Source of the DNA: Octopus bimaculoides | Taxonomy: Eukaryota | Direction of reading: 5' to 3' | NCBI RefSeq assembly: GCF_001194135.2 | Contig: NC_069002.1 | Span: forward strand, 34,208,000-34,271,999 | DNA: 64,000 nt | Shown here: positions 27,505 to 40,111 of the stretch, piece after piece | How the letters are laid out: each line of letters starts with the position of its first letter | Numbering within the stretch: position 1 is the first letter of the stretch | Notes under the pieces: generated by a model | Databases searched by the model: none | The model's input: only the letters and a program-made list of their open reading frames with translations | What the model was told of the DNA's origin: nothing | Program-made: the position numbers and the translations under genes

Positions 27505-27650
27505 TACATACACACACACACGACAAGCTTCTCTTTCAGTTTCCGTCTACTAAGCCAACTCACAAGACTTCTGGAGAAGACTCCTGCAAAAGTTGTCATG
27601 GTATGGGACTGAACCTTGCACCTTGTGGTTGTGAAGTAAGCTTCTCTTCC
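27505..27650 (-). mobile_element. SINE family A, 5' half ending in its internal microsatellite
   Basis: CTTTCAGTTTCCGTCTAC and GGGACTGAACC on the plus strand. Confidence 0.75.
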
Positions 27651-27989
27651 TAGTTTTGATATAGCGATTTTTATAAGTTTCTATGAGAAAATTAACGAAA
27701 ATTGTTCGCAGAAAATTATTCTGGACAAATATTATTTTGAAAAGTATAAAAATGTATTCCTCTAAATAAAAAAATAACTGTTTAAAAAACAAAAAGGTAT
27801 ATAAAATCAACATATGCCGAAGGAAACCTAGTTTTCTCTAAATTTTATGTATGTATCGGACAGATTATTATAAGGTCAACATATTTGGGTTAGTTTTATA
27901 GTTTCAGTCAGTTTGCTATAATAAACACGACAAGAGAAGCTTGTAGATGTCTTTGATATGCATCGGAAATATCGACTCCGCACAAATAC

Positions 27990-28320
27990 TTTATTACTGA
28001 TTGATGCCGTATCGTATCTCTCCAGAAATCAATGTTCCGTGACTATCTTATTTGGCTGATAGCCATCATTCTCGCTGCCAACAGAACTCGGCAGCCAAAG
28101 AACGACCGTTTAACATACCGCTGCTCTTTTCTGAGGCCAACCTTAATTGATCTTTGGCTACAATCTTTACAGCTTGTTCATCGTTCTCTTCCGTCTACTT
28201 CCACCCTACTCACTTATGGTTCTCTTCGTCTTTCATTCATCTGTGTTCGTCTTAATTACTTTTGCAAATGATTCCACCTCAAACTTTTGTTTTGTTTATT
28301 CATTTCTCCCATCTCCATTG
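27990..28320 (-). mobile_element. Highly decayed Dong/R4-like fragment
   Basis: Minus frames give EWKTKR, IVAKDQLR (like I.AAQDQAL) and YQPNKIVT, with stops and frameshifts. Confidence 0.3.
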
Positions 28321-29549
28321 ATGTCGATATTCATGTTGTTGTCTTCGCTGCTGCTGCTGTGTATTTTGTTCTAGTTGTTCATTAGAGATTGCTTTGTTTA
28401 TTGTTTAAAGTGATACTATCTATTAGTGTCGTCATGAAATTAATTGCGATACATTTTTCGGCTCTGTGTATTGTGAGTTCAAATGCCACCGAAATCAGCT
28501 TATATTTTTTCTTGCTGTGGGTTCAAAAACAGGAAGAACGAGGCACCGGCTCCTGTGGATATTAGCGACTCACTCCAAACTTTTCCACATGTTTTTTGCT
28601 AAGTAAAAGAAATCTTCTTCTTAGGCCCAGATTAAAAAATAACTAACACCATTCTGGTGGATAAAACTTATAAGACCAAAGAAAGTGCAACAACAACCAA
28701 TAAAAATAAGGAGCTGTGGCTAATTCAGGCATACCTCGATCGGAAGGTGGGGAAAAAAGGTGTCTGATGTGCAAACATAAATTGTGGCAACCCTATCATA
28801 CGGCAACTCTATTATACGGTATACAAAAATAAATCAATTGCACAAAATAGTAAAGGAAAATTGGTCAAACACAGGAATAAAATTATTCATACATTCCTAT
28901 TAGGATAGTTTATTTAAAGCTTGACATAATGAAAAAAAAAATGTCTTCTAACTCAGCTTCGTATAATCCTTGGGATTCCACAAATAAAATTTAACAGACA
29001 TTGGTCGTCCCGGAGCTAAAAAAAAAATTATAATAATAAATGTCTGGATCAATGTGCCACGGAGAAGAACCGATCACGAAAACGTGTTTGCAAATCATGT
29101 TCTTTAAATTCACTGTGCTAATAAATATTGTAAAATAAAATTTTGAAATAACTTCTATAGCGACATCGATATAATTTTTAAGATTCCTAATTACGAAGAA
29201 CCGCGATACGTAATATTACTTTTGAGATGTCAGCAATATTTTAAATAGCAAGGCACGATGAACTTGTAGTCATTTTCACATATATAATGAATTATGTTTC
29301 CTACGACTTCCAGTAGTCTTGGAATGCAGCGTTGATCGAAATAAATGTGGCCGTGAAGTAGGGATTCTTTATTAATTTTATGTAATATGCAAGCCTGCTA
29401 TATTTCGAAATAAACTTATAAATATCGTGACATCGCAACACAATTGTTAACCTCCATCACATTCTGTGTGTACCCCTCAGTATGTGCCCCTCTCTCTTTC
29501 CTCTCCCCCTCTCTCTCTCCTCTCCCCCTCTCTCTCTCCTCTCCCCCCT

Positions 29550-29580
<31 letters not shown>

Positions 29581-29814
29581 AATCTATTTACATCTGTATA
29601 TATGCTATTAAGTTACACATGGGCTGGAGCAATCTTTGGTCGAAAAATATCTAAGCTATCTCAATAATATATATAAATACATATACATAACGATATAGAT
29701 TTCTTTATACACACACACATATATAAATAGATAGATAGATATTTATATAACGATGAATATACATGCATTGTACAAAAAAATGTGCATACACCTATCTCCT
29801 CCGATATATGAATC

Positions 29815-29857
<43 letters not shown>

Positions 29858-29861
<4 letters not shown>

Positions 29862-30193
29862 CCCCCCCTTCGGTCAGGACTGATCATGGGATTGCACCTA
29901 GAAAGTTATCCTCTGAGGCACAAGTCCTGGCAAGGTTGTTTATGGTAGACCAGCAGTCACCCATGAATACTGGCCTCCCCTTTCCACGCCACTGATGTTA
30001 TCCAAGGGAAAGGCTAAGGCGCTGATACAGCTTGGCACCTGTGACGTCGTAACTCATTTCTACATCTGACTGAACTGAAACAACGTGAAATAAAGTGTCT
30101 TGCTCAAGAACACAACACGCAGCCCGGTACGGGATTCGAACTCACGACCTCGCGATCGTAAGCTCGACGCTCTGACCACTGAGCTATGCGCCT
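29858..30193 (-). mobile_element. SINE family D (tRNA head plus CORE-like domain; probably octopus OR2-type), full length, within (TA)n
   Basis: Reverse: GGCGCATAGCTCAGTGGTCAGAGC..GAGTTCGAATCCCG then GTGTTGTGTTCTTGAGCAAGACACTTTATTTCACGTTG..CAG.TGTAGAAATGAG, resembling the CORE domain; homolog at 60963-61340. Confidence 0.85.
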
Positions 30194-30197
30194 TTAC

Positions 30198-30224
<27 letters not shown>

Positions 30225-30228
<4 letters not shown>

Positions 30229-30372
30229 ATGACGGGCTTCTTTTAGTTTCCGTCTCCGACAACCAATCAGAAGATTTTATATGGCCCGAGTGTATACTAG
30301 AAGCCAGTTGCCCAATATGCCACGTTGTGGAAGTGATCATGAAACCATGCGGTTAGGAAGCTTGTTACTACA
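30225..30372 (-). mobile_element. SINE family A, degenerate 5' half
   Basis: GACGGGCTTCTTTTAGTTTCCGTCT..GGCCCGAG..TACTAGAAG..TTGCCCAA. Confidence 0.7.
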
Positions 30373-30454
30373 CACATACACACACAAATGTATGTATGTA
30401 TGAATTATTCTTTCTAAATCTCTGAACAGGAAACATTCAGTAACAATACTCTAG

Positions 30455-30560
30455 AGTAAAGATTATTTGCCAACATAATGTGGCAGTCCTAATTAGGAAG
30501 AAAAACAGTAATATTCGTCCTAATCGGGACTGCCACATTATTTTGGCAAATAATCTTTAC

Positions 30561-30561
<1 letters not shown>
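30455..30561. repeat. Near-perfect 44-bp inverted repeat with 19-nt loop
   Basis: AGTAAAGATTATTTGCCAACATAATGTGGCAGTCCTAATTAGGA against the reverse complement of 30518-30561, 3 differences. Confidence 0.9.
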
Positions 30562-30617
<56 letters not shown>

Positions 30618-31796
30618 CGTTTTGGTTTTCGATAACGTATTAATCTACAGCAAACTAAGGAATCGGGATGTTACAATATTTATTGTCAGTCATAAAAAAA
30701 AAAGAAATTATTACATATTTATAATTTTGCCGAGAGCTCCATTGCACATTAGAAAAAAACAGTGATTGTTTATTTAGTTGTTTTGCGAATACAATCGGTA
30801 AATAACATTACGATTTCCTTACTATTTGCTAACAATCTCCATATAATTCTTATTAAATCAGATTCCTCGTATGAAGTAAGCAGATATTTCCGTTGGCTTT
30901 GGTTTTTGCTATCTTCTCAAACATTCCGATAGAGTCTATAATAAACATTGCTGCCTCCATGAATTTTACAGGCTATTCTCGGGATGGATATACTCATGTA
31001 TAGCAGAGGGGATATAATATTTATAAATCTGATGCATATGTTTTTTTGTTACTTTACGAACAATCAAGTGAAATAATTTTCCTATTGAAGCACGCAGTGT
31101 AAACGTTATCTTTTTTTTTTTTTTTTTTTGCCTATGTCCTGTTATCTCTTTGACCTTCGATAAGAGGATACAATGGATAAGTGAGTGTGTAGGATATAGT
31201 AAAATGGGAAATAACGAAGAGGTGCAGAGAGTAAAAGAAGACGAAATACGTATTGGACAAAGAGAGCAATGCACATTTGTAAGTCTGTCTATCGACTCAT
31301 GAATCTATCACATTCTCTCGCTGTCTCTCTCCTTCTCTCACTCTCCTCTCTATCTGTTTCTCTCAACATATTTTTTACTCTTTGTCTCGTCTCTCCCTGT
31401 TCCTCATGTTTATGAATGTGTGTGCATGTATGTATGTATATATATATATATATATAATATATATATNNNNNNNNNNTATATATATATATATAATGTGTGT
31501 GTGTGTGTGTGTATTTGTATGTATGTATGGATATATATTTGTGTGTGTGTGTATACATATGTATGTGCATATATTAATGTACATGTTATAAAATATATTA
31601 GAAATATTTATTGCAAAGTTCAAACATGTTCTCTGATGTAGAAATCAATAGTGTGTAAAGTGTATGTATGTGTGCATGCGTGTCTATATCTTTGCTGTTC
31701 ATATGTAAATAAATATTATGTGTGTATGTATGTGTGTGTATATATATATATATATATAACCATTTATATAAATATATATATATACATATATACATT

Positions 31797-31848
<52 letters not shown>

Positions 31849-31858
31849 NNNNNNNNNN

Positions 31859-31928
<70 letters not shown>

Positions 31929-32080
31929 CACGCACATATATGTATGCGTGTGTGTGTGTGTGTGTGTTTCTGTGCGTGTATATACGTGTAGGCACTTATG
32001 GCTTTCTAAATTCATTTACATGCATGCTTGTATATATTATATAGGTATAAGTATTCTGTTTTAATGTATATATATATATA

Positions 32081-32980
32081 TCTTATATATTAAAAGGGAT
32101 GTTGTATGTCTGTGTGTTGTGTGAACCACTTCTACTCCTACAATTTTCAACCGAATTTTACCAAATTTGACATGTGTGCTCTCTTTGACTTAGGACGATT
32201 TTTCTGCGCCTCCAACATAAATAGACTACTCGCAGATCATTTAAGATCTAACTTGAGCCAGTGAAAACAACGGGACACACATCCGGCTGAAAAAAAATCA
32301 ATACTTTTCTTTGTCAGCTGTGATGAGCTCTTATCAAATGCTTGCACAGTACTGCCAGCAGTATTCATTTGCGAGTTACGATTTGCCTCTGTTCTCACGA
32401 GAGCGCTCTTTTTCATATGATTATTCCAACTTAAACTAGCCACTTCAAAACTCTTACCCAATATTAAAAATCCTTAACTCGGTCTGTTTGATTAATATTT
32501 TTGCGAACTACATTTCACTACTTTTTGTGTGCTACACATTCACCGCTTTTTCCGTAGGACTTTTTCCATTGCGTAAACAGCTAATTTTCTACCATCCCTC
32601 GATGCAAAACATCCAATATAGGTCGGCAAAAAAATGCTGCAAAGAAAAGTAAACGCATACGTGCAAATGAATCTGCTGAGGACGCGAAGAAAGGAAAGTG
32701 AAGAGCAGTGTTATGATCGGTTAGGACGCATCACTGCGCAACGAGCAACGTTCATCACGCCGAACAAGAAATGCTTCCTCTACTGCTGCTGCACGAGCTG
32801 CAGAGACTGCAGTACTAAGCGCAGTTCGACTTACAAGAGATGCTTCTTCAACAGCTGTTTCACGAGCTGCAGAGGCTGCAGCACAATGCGCATCTCGACT
32901 TACAAGAGACGTTGCTGCAACTGCTGCCTCGCGCTCTAGAGCTAATGTTGTATGTGAAACCCTACGAAACAGCAAGTAAA
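32081..32980 (+). mobile_element. Helitron-like remnant with STPR-type 23-aa repeats
   Basis: A|TCTTATATATTAAAAG 5' end with TG-rich leader and CCGAATTTTACCAAATTTG motif; 69-bp repeats encoding RRTRNASSTAAARAAETAVLSAV / RLTRDASSTAVSRAAEAAAQCAS / RLTRDVAATAASRSR, preceded by frameshifted ESEEQCYDRL. Confidence 0.6.
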
Positions 32981-33169
32981 CATACTATTTCATATCTTTA
33001 GGCTCACCCTTTCATTCTGCTAAACAGCACATGTCAGCAGTTACGTGATAAGAAAAATAAACTGAATTACAGCTAGATTTTTACTGTCCCAATGGAAAAC
33101 GATGAGAATAGTGTAGGCATGTTCACTATTGCATGTTCACTATTGCGCTAAATATATCAAACAACGCAA

Positions 33170-34415
33170 GGAACACCTGTGAACAAGAGTGAAAACAATG
33201 AGCTGCAGCAACCATTAACACCACTACAACCACATGAACAACAGTCACTAAAACAAACGCAACAGCAGCAACATCACCAACAGAGACAATTGGAAACAAC
33301 AGCATCAATAAAAAAACACTACAGCGCCGGCGGTAGCTGCAACTACAACAACGTCTGGAGTAGAAACAACTGCTCAACGTCAAGCAGAATGCACACCAAA
33401 AGCAGCAACAACCACATCACAAACAGCAATGACAACAGCAGCAACAGGAAACTTCCCACCGAAATTAATGATAACATCATTAAGAATGCCAACAGTAAAA
33501 CAAATAACTGCGGAAGAAATATCCCTCCTCTATTCGGACCACGGAAACGACGGAAATAAGGAGGGATAGGCATGGCAAACCGTCACACGAAAAGGAAGAC
33601 GGAAGGGTGCAAACGATAACCATGAACAAATTAAAAAAAAAACAGGCAAGTACGAGAAAGTGGAGGAGGGAACGAACAATAACAATGGGACACCATACAT
33701 GAACTCACCTACATACACACAGGCAAGAATAACATCATCCCCGCCACTACAACCACAACTTCCACAACCATCAAAAACACAAAATAGTCTACATACACAA
33801 CAAATAGACAGCATTTCACCAAATAATCATAAACCAGACGTTATAAATCTCATGGCTATAAGTACAAAAAATAACGAATTAATAGAATACATTCACAGAC
33901 ACATGGATATTACAGAATCCTATTATGTCACACCAACGGCAAATATACCGGCACACATAAAAATATTCAAATCTACTGAAAGCGAATACAAAATATTGAA
34001 ATCTAGGTATCCCCAGTTTGTAGGAGTTTTTCAAAAGGACCTCAATATCAGACTTTACAAGGAACTGCTGGGGAGAAAAAACCCACATCCAACAAAAGGG
34101 ACGGAGTAGGCACTCCCACTTCCCTGCAAATCCTTGGTAAGTAGCTCTCGCCTACTTTCAAACATTCCCATCGTCTAACAAGGTATTGCTTAGAGTGGGC
34201 AGTATAAATGTACATCTGGCTATTGGGGTAACCAGAATCTGTGGGGTTCCTCGGTTGTGAATTCCTGTGAGGATTTTATTGTTTAATTGTATTGTTATCA
34301 ATGCTATTTTCTTGTTTACTCGATTTTGTGTTAAACCCCATTTTTCGTTGTCTCTAATTTTGTATTGTCCCTATTCATTTTGTCTTCAGCCCATGTGGCC
34401 AATAAAGAAACTATT
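33170..34415 (+). mobile_element. Decayed LINE ORF1-like reading frame (~310 aa, one frameshift and one stop) followed by a 3' UTR-like segment; no ORF2
   Basis: Frame 33320-34109 is continuous except TAG at ~33570: T/A-rich linker, AWQTVTRKGRRK basic motif, then a globular segment KPDVINLMAISTKNNELIEYIHRHMD..; ends AGCCCATGTGGCCAATAAAGAAA plus (ATT)n. Confidence 0.5.
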
Positions 34416-34418
34416 ATT

Positions 34419-34459
<41 letters not shown>

Positions 34460-34463
34460 TGAA

Positions 34464-34650
34464 GGCGGCCGGCTGGCAGGATAGTTAGTACGCTGGAAGA
34501 AATGTTTAGCGATATTTTGCCCGTCGTTACGTTCGCGGTTCAAATTCCGCCGAGGTCGATTTTGCCTTTCAGTAACAGTAAAAGACTGGGTCGATTCAAT
34601 CGGCTGCTCCTTTCCCACAAAATTTCAGGCCTTCTGCTTATAGCAAAAAG
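34464..34650 (+). mobile_element. SINE family B with internal deletion
   Basis: GGCGGCCGGCTGGCAG..GTTCAAATTCCGCCGAGGTCGATTTTGCCTTTCA..AAATTTCAGGCC. Confidence 0.85.
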
Positions 34651-34732
34651 AATTATTTTTGCTATTATTGAGATTCTGGATAATAATTTGTTAAAATTTC
34701 AAAGTAGGGGGATGTTTTACTACCGTATACTG

Positions 34733-34772
<40 letters not shown>

Positions 34773-35266
34773 TGTGCGCCTGTGTGTGTAAACGTATTTC
34801 GTTTTGTGTTTATAGGAGCCTGTTTGTGAGGCTGATCATGTATTATTGCAGTATATACGCATATATGTATATACATCTCTTCAAGCATGTACGCAAAAAT
34901 TGCGAAGATAACCACACACAAACACACAGGGGCAATTAAGTTACATCAATCGTACTGATTATAGTGGGCATCATGAAATCTATCCAAAATATCTCTTTGA
35001 CTAACAAATCCACACCTACATCCTATCATCGCTAATTTCTATAACTGTTTTATCATTTTTTTTTTATAAATCTATGATATTCCATATCAATAATACTAAG
35101 GAAAATAAAACATTAGAAGTTTAATTATACGTACTGTGTGTAATCTTGTGTTAATCCATATGTGTGTGCGGATTTGTCTGTGTGCATACATGCATATGCA
35201 TGCACACACACACACACATATATATATAGTTTGTATGTATGTGTGTGTGTGTGTGTGTGTGCATGA

Positions 35267-35361
<95 letters not shown>

Positions 35362-36234
35362 CACATATGTGTATATAATTATATATATGCATGTGTGTAT
35401 ATATATATATGCACATATGTATACACATATTGGTGTACATATAGAAACATACTCACACAGACACACACACACACATATATATAAATTTGTTTTCGTCTTG
35501 TTTTTCTGTTTTATGCTCCTTCAATCTTTCCCTGTGTCGAATTTCCGAATGCAAATGTAATTTAGTATTGCATCATAAATTTAATTAAACGTTTGATGTG
35601 CATTTTTCTTGACAATAAATGTCGTTCATATTTTTTCTTTGTGCACATTTTAGGAGAAATTTGAAATTTGTTCCCGATTTATTTCCTGATTCGATTCATT
35701 TACATGTCAAATAATATTTTTGAAAAAATATACTGATGTTTCACTTTTTTACTTTAGAAGGATTTTCAAATTATTTATTATTCAATGAAACAGAAAAAGA
35801 TAAAAATCAATGTACACACAAATGCACACACATACAGGTACACACATAGAAGCACACACATACACAAACACATATGTATGTATTATATGGTGAGAGAAAA
35901 ACAATACGAAAATGATAAATTTGAATCTGAGGATAATCTTCAAGCTAATGTTGGTGATGATGATGACTAAGATGAGGATGTTTTTCTGGATACCAGTCCA
36001 GCTGCTCTTAATGGTGTTGAATAGGATGTTTAATAATGATGATGACTATTATGCTGCTGTTGCTCTTTCTGCTGCTGATGATTAATATGGTGATGATAAG
36101 GAGGATGACGAAAATGAAGATAATTAGGTTGATGATTATGATGACAATAATGTGTTTAAATTACACACAATAAATAGTAACAATAATAATCACTGAGTAT
36201 GGATAAGATTATATTGTTTAAGGATTTCGAATTT

Positions 36235-36405
36235 TGACACAAGGCCAGCATTTCCAGGAGAGGGGATAAGAGATTATATCGACCCCAGTACTCTACTGGT
36301 ACTTATTTTATTAACTCCGAAGTGGATGAAATGCAAAGTCGACCTCGGCGGAATATCAACTCAGAACGCATGAACGGATGAAATACTGCAAAGCATTTTT
36401 CCCGC
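36235..36405 (-). mobile_element. SINE family B
   Basis: GGATGAAATGCAAAGTCGACCTCGGCGGAAT..AACTCAGAACG on the plus strand. Confidence 0.85.
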
Positions 36406-36469
36406 TCACCCTCTTGATTAGATTGTATAATGATAATCATAAAGCACCTTTCCGAGTCATATAGAATCA

Positions 36470-36692
36470 TAATGCCGGTCTGTCGGTGCCGTTGGCATGT
36501 GTATCACACACGCAGCCCTGGAGAGGGAACCAGGCAGTTGTAGGATTATTCATTATTGACAGCTGAGTGGATTGGAGCAACGTGAAATGAAGTGTCTTGC
36601 TCAAGAACACGAAGCATCTTCCAGTCCAGTTATGGATGCCACAATCATACAATCACGAGTCCCACAACTTAAACACCAAGTCTTACGCCTCC
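36470..36692 (-). mobile_element. SINE family D-related copy (CORE-like domain, different 3' part)
   Basis: GACAGCTGAGTGGATTGGAGCAACGTGAAATGAAGTGTCTTGCTCAAGAACAC. Confidence 0.7.
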
Positions 36693-37004
36693 ACAAATGA
36701 TAATCCTGATAATAGTAATAGTTTATAACACTGACGCTTCAGTCAAAATTTAGGGATGATGAATTCTTGATTAACGTGAACGCAGTAAATTACTGGTACA
36801 TAACGTTATTGGATTTGTACCGATGAGATGCGAATTTAAACTTCCCATGTTCGGCCATATTTCTGTACTGCAATCCCTGTTTTGTACGATATAAAGATTT
36901 CCACAGAGAAAGTCATTGCAATGTTGACGAAACTGATGATAATAATAATGTTAGTAATGAAAACAACTATAACAATAACAATCGTTGTTAGTTCTTGTAC
37001 GAGG

Positions 37005-37200
37005 CGTTCAATGCAAAGAGGCGGCACGGTTAGACGATTAAATCAACCAAATTACCCGAATGACAGCTATTTGATCGACCTTTAAAAATGAACGGACATC
37101 TCTACCTCGATGAAATTTGAATTTAGAATGCACTGACAGAATAAATGACACAAAGCATTTCACCCGACGTATTAATACATTTACCAGCTCGCAGCCTCGT
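37005..37200 (-). mobile_element. Degenerate SINE family B
   Basis: AATTTGAATTTAGAATG..AAAGCATTTCACCCGACG..CCAGCTCGCAGCC. Confidence 0.6.
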
Positions 37201-37544
37201 AAATGGGAAATAGCTGCTGTTAAAGACTTTTACCTCATTCGCCATCAAGAAGCCAACAGAAATTAGCAATATTCATTCGGTTTCCTTACTCGAAGTTTTT
37301 AGCAACCCTTACATACCTGGGAGGGGCAGGATTCAGTTAAATAAAGCAGCGTTTGTCCATTATTATCGTTGAATAGCAGTTAACCTTACAAATATTCGAC
37401 TTTAGGACATAAAACAGCAGGAAAATATTGCGAGGCAATTTTACTGACAATCTAAGAATCCTTGTGCTCCCTTATTTACGATTATGATGAAAAATAATAA
37501 ATAATTGTCCATACTAGAGTATCGCCTCGCAGAATTCACAGTGG

Positions 37545-38050
37545 GATAATCTTTATAAAGCGTGATACTTATTCCGTCGCTTCTGTTACCGGAGCGCTAA
37601 GTTACAGGAACGTAAGCATTACAACACCAGTTATGAAAGGGTGATTGAGGACAAACATACATACGAGTCGTATGCACAAACACATATACGCAACTGCGTA
37701 CTCACACAGTGTGTATATGTGTGTGCGTGTGTATATTCGACAGGCTTCTTTCAGTTTCCGACTACCAAATCCACTTACAGGTCTTTGGTCAGCCGAGGCT
37801 ATAGTAGAAGACACTTGCTCAAGGAGTCACAAGCATATATATATATATGTCACAAGCATATATATATGCTTGTGTGTCTTTCTGTCTGTGTCTGCTCCCC
37901 ACAACCGCTTGACAACAGATGTCGGTGTGTCTATGTCCCCGTAATCTAGCGGTTCGGCAGAAAGGACCGATAGAATAAGTACTAGGCTTACAATGACCAA
38001 GTCATTGGGTCAATTTTATGGATTAAAACCCGTTAAAGCAGTCAAATGAT
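37545..38050. mobile_element. Head-to-head pair of SINE family A copies (minus 37545-37830; plus 3' half 37860-38050)
   Basis: Both segments match 53103-53540; palindromic junction CACAAGC-ATATATATAT-GCTTGTG. Confidence 0.75.
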
Positions 38051-38669
38051 TTAAACATGTAAAAGCATAAAGAGAATTAAAGGATATTGTTTAGTTTAAA
38101 TATTTTAAAAGTATATTGTACGTCAATAACTACTTAGAAAAAGGTGTCAATATATTATTCTTTAACATTTCATAAATTATTTGATTGTGACAGGACCACA
38201 AAGAAACACACAATTTCTGGAGAATGTAATACATTATATGGAACTTAATACTTCGAAATCAATAAGTTAATTCAAATTCATTAATATAATCTGAAATGTC
38301 AAATACCTCAATGATTATCTAGCGACTTCTTTTAAAAAATGCGTCAAACTCTGGCGCTAACTGAAACATGGTTCTGTTGCAAATAGATTTTTGCTCCCAG
38401 AATCGCGGTATGTGCATAATATGTAAAGGAGGCGAATAAATGAAATATGAACAGTAAGCGATAAGAAACCGGCTGCTGAGTTCGAATTAGGTTGATGCCA
38501 AATTTGCATTTGTGTCTTTAGATGTCGATGATTTAAATGCCATTCATAAACTGGACCGTATCTTTCTCTGAATATGTTGCTACGCTTAAGGTATCCTGGA
38601 AAGATTGCTGTTAACAATTCCCTCCATCTCTATCATTATTTGAACAATAAAATTTTGAAGGTTATTCTT

Positions 38670-38772
38670 AGGCGTTGGCGTGGCTGTGTGGTAAAAAGCT
38701 TGCTTCCTAACTACATGGTACGACGTTCAGTCCTATTGCATAGTACCGTGAATAAGTGTTTTCTATTATATG
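38670..38772 (+). mobile_element. Degenerate SINE family A head
   Basis: GGCGTGGCTGTGTGGTAAAAAGCTTGCTTCCTAAC..GTTCAGTCC. Confidence 0.7.
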
Positions 38773-39257
38773 CTTAGAGTGACATGCGTAAATTTCACGT
38801 AATAAAAATATTCACATTGAAATGAATCTAACATAGAATCATGTACGTGAATCCAAACACAACAGAACCTTAGATATAAAATAAAATTGAATAGAAAACG
38901 ATTGACCATTAGAAATTCTGAAGAAAAAAAAAAGCGACGAATTTAGCAGTGTCGTCATTGAAGTATGACATGCATTTAAGATGAATGTTAGAGTTAGGAG
39001 TTAATGGCTGTCAACTGTGAACAATAATTTTAACGCAGAAAAATTAATCACTCGCGTCAATACAATTTATTTAATTGGACAGAGAAAGAAAGAAAGAGGA
39101 AGAGAGAAAGAAAATGTGAGAAAGGTATAGAGAATGAAGTAGGGAGAATTAATTTCTGAACAAATATCTTAGATGAAGATACCAAAAGAACATTCTCTTA
39201 AGAATTAATCTCTATTAAAAAATTAAAGTAACGGGAGAATACATACACACACACACA

Positions 39258-39303
<46 letters not shown>

Positions 39304-40074
39304 AACACGAAGAAACACATACAAGCGCACACAAACACAGGCACACACACAAACACTCATATATATACATCTACAATCACAAATATACACACACATTTAT
39401 AAATATGGATATATATATATATATATATATATANNNNNNNNNNNNNNNNNNNNNNNNNNNNNNNNNNNNNNNNNNNNNNNNNNNNNNNNNNNNNNNNNNN
39501 NNNNNNNNNNNNNNNNNNNNNNNNNNNNNNNNNNNNNNNNNNNNNNNNNNNNNNNNNNNNNNNNNNNNNNNNNNNNNNNNNNNNNNNNNNNNNNNNNNNN
39601 NNNNNNNNNNNNNNNNNNNNNNNNNNNNNNNNNNNNNNNNNNNNNNNNNNNNNNNNNNNNNNNNNNNNNNNNNNNNNNNNNNNNNNNNNNNNNNNNNNNN
39701 NNNNNNNNNNNNNNNNNNNNNNNNNNNNNNNNNNNNNNNNNNNNNNNNNNNNNNNNNNNNNNNNNNNNNNNNNNNNNNNNNNNNGGTTTTCTCGCTGAAG
39801 GAAAAAAAAAATATACACTGAAAACATGACTTCATACCAGGTTATAACCAAATCGCATATGAGATTTAATTTTTATATCAAAATCGAAATTATTTCCCAA
39901 ATATCTATGGTTTCATCCCAAGAATCCACGAACTTATCTACTTATTCCTATTTTTCGTATGATGAAATTTTAGATTGAACTTTAATGAATAAGCTTCCAG
40001 CTTTTACATTGATATGCGCATATACATCGAAGCGTATATACGTATATATAAATATGCATACACATACTGACACG

Positions 40075-40111
<37 letters not shown>

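Noticed and set aside
30118-30193. Possible tRNA gene (minus strand)
   Set aside because: A and B boxes are present, but the acceptor and anticodon stems do not pair and the sequence continues into a SINE body; the same holds for other tRNA-like heads
37545-38050. Apparent second twin-priming inversion of SINE A
   Set aside because: The minus copy has its own 3' half at 37545-37660, diverged from the plus one, so these are two independent head-to-head insertions
38357-38617. RERYGPVY motif suggesting a cytochrome P450 exon (minus strand)
   Set aside because: One short motif, no other P450 exons seen and no clear donor
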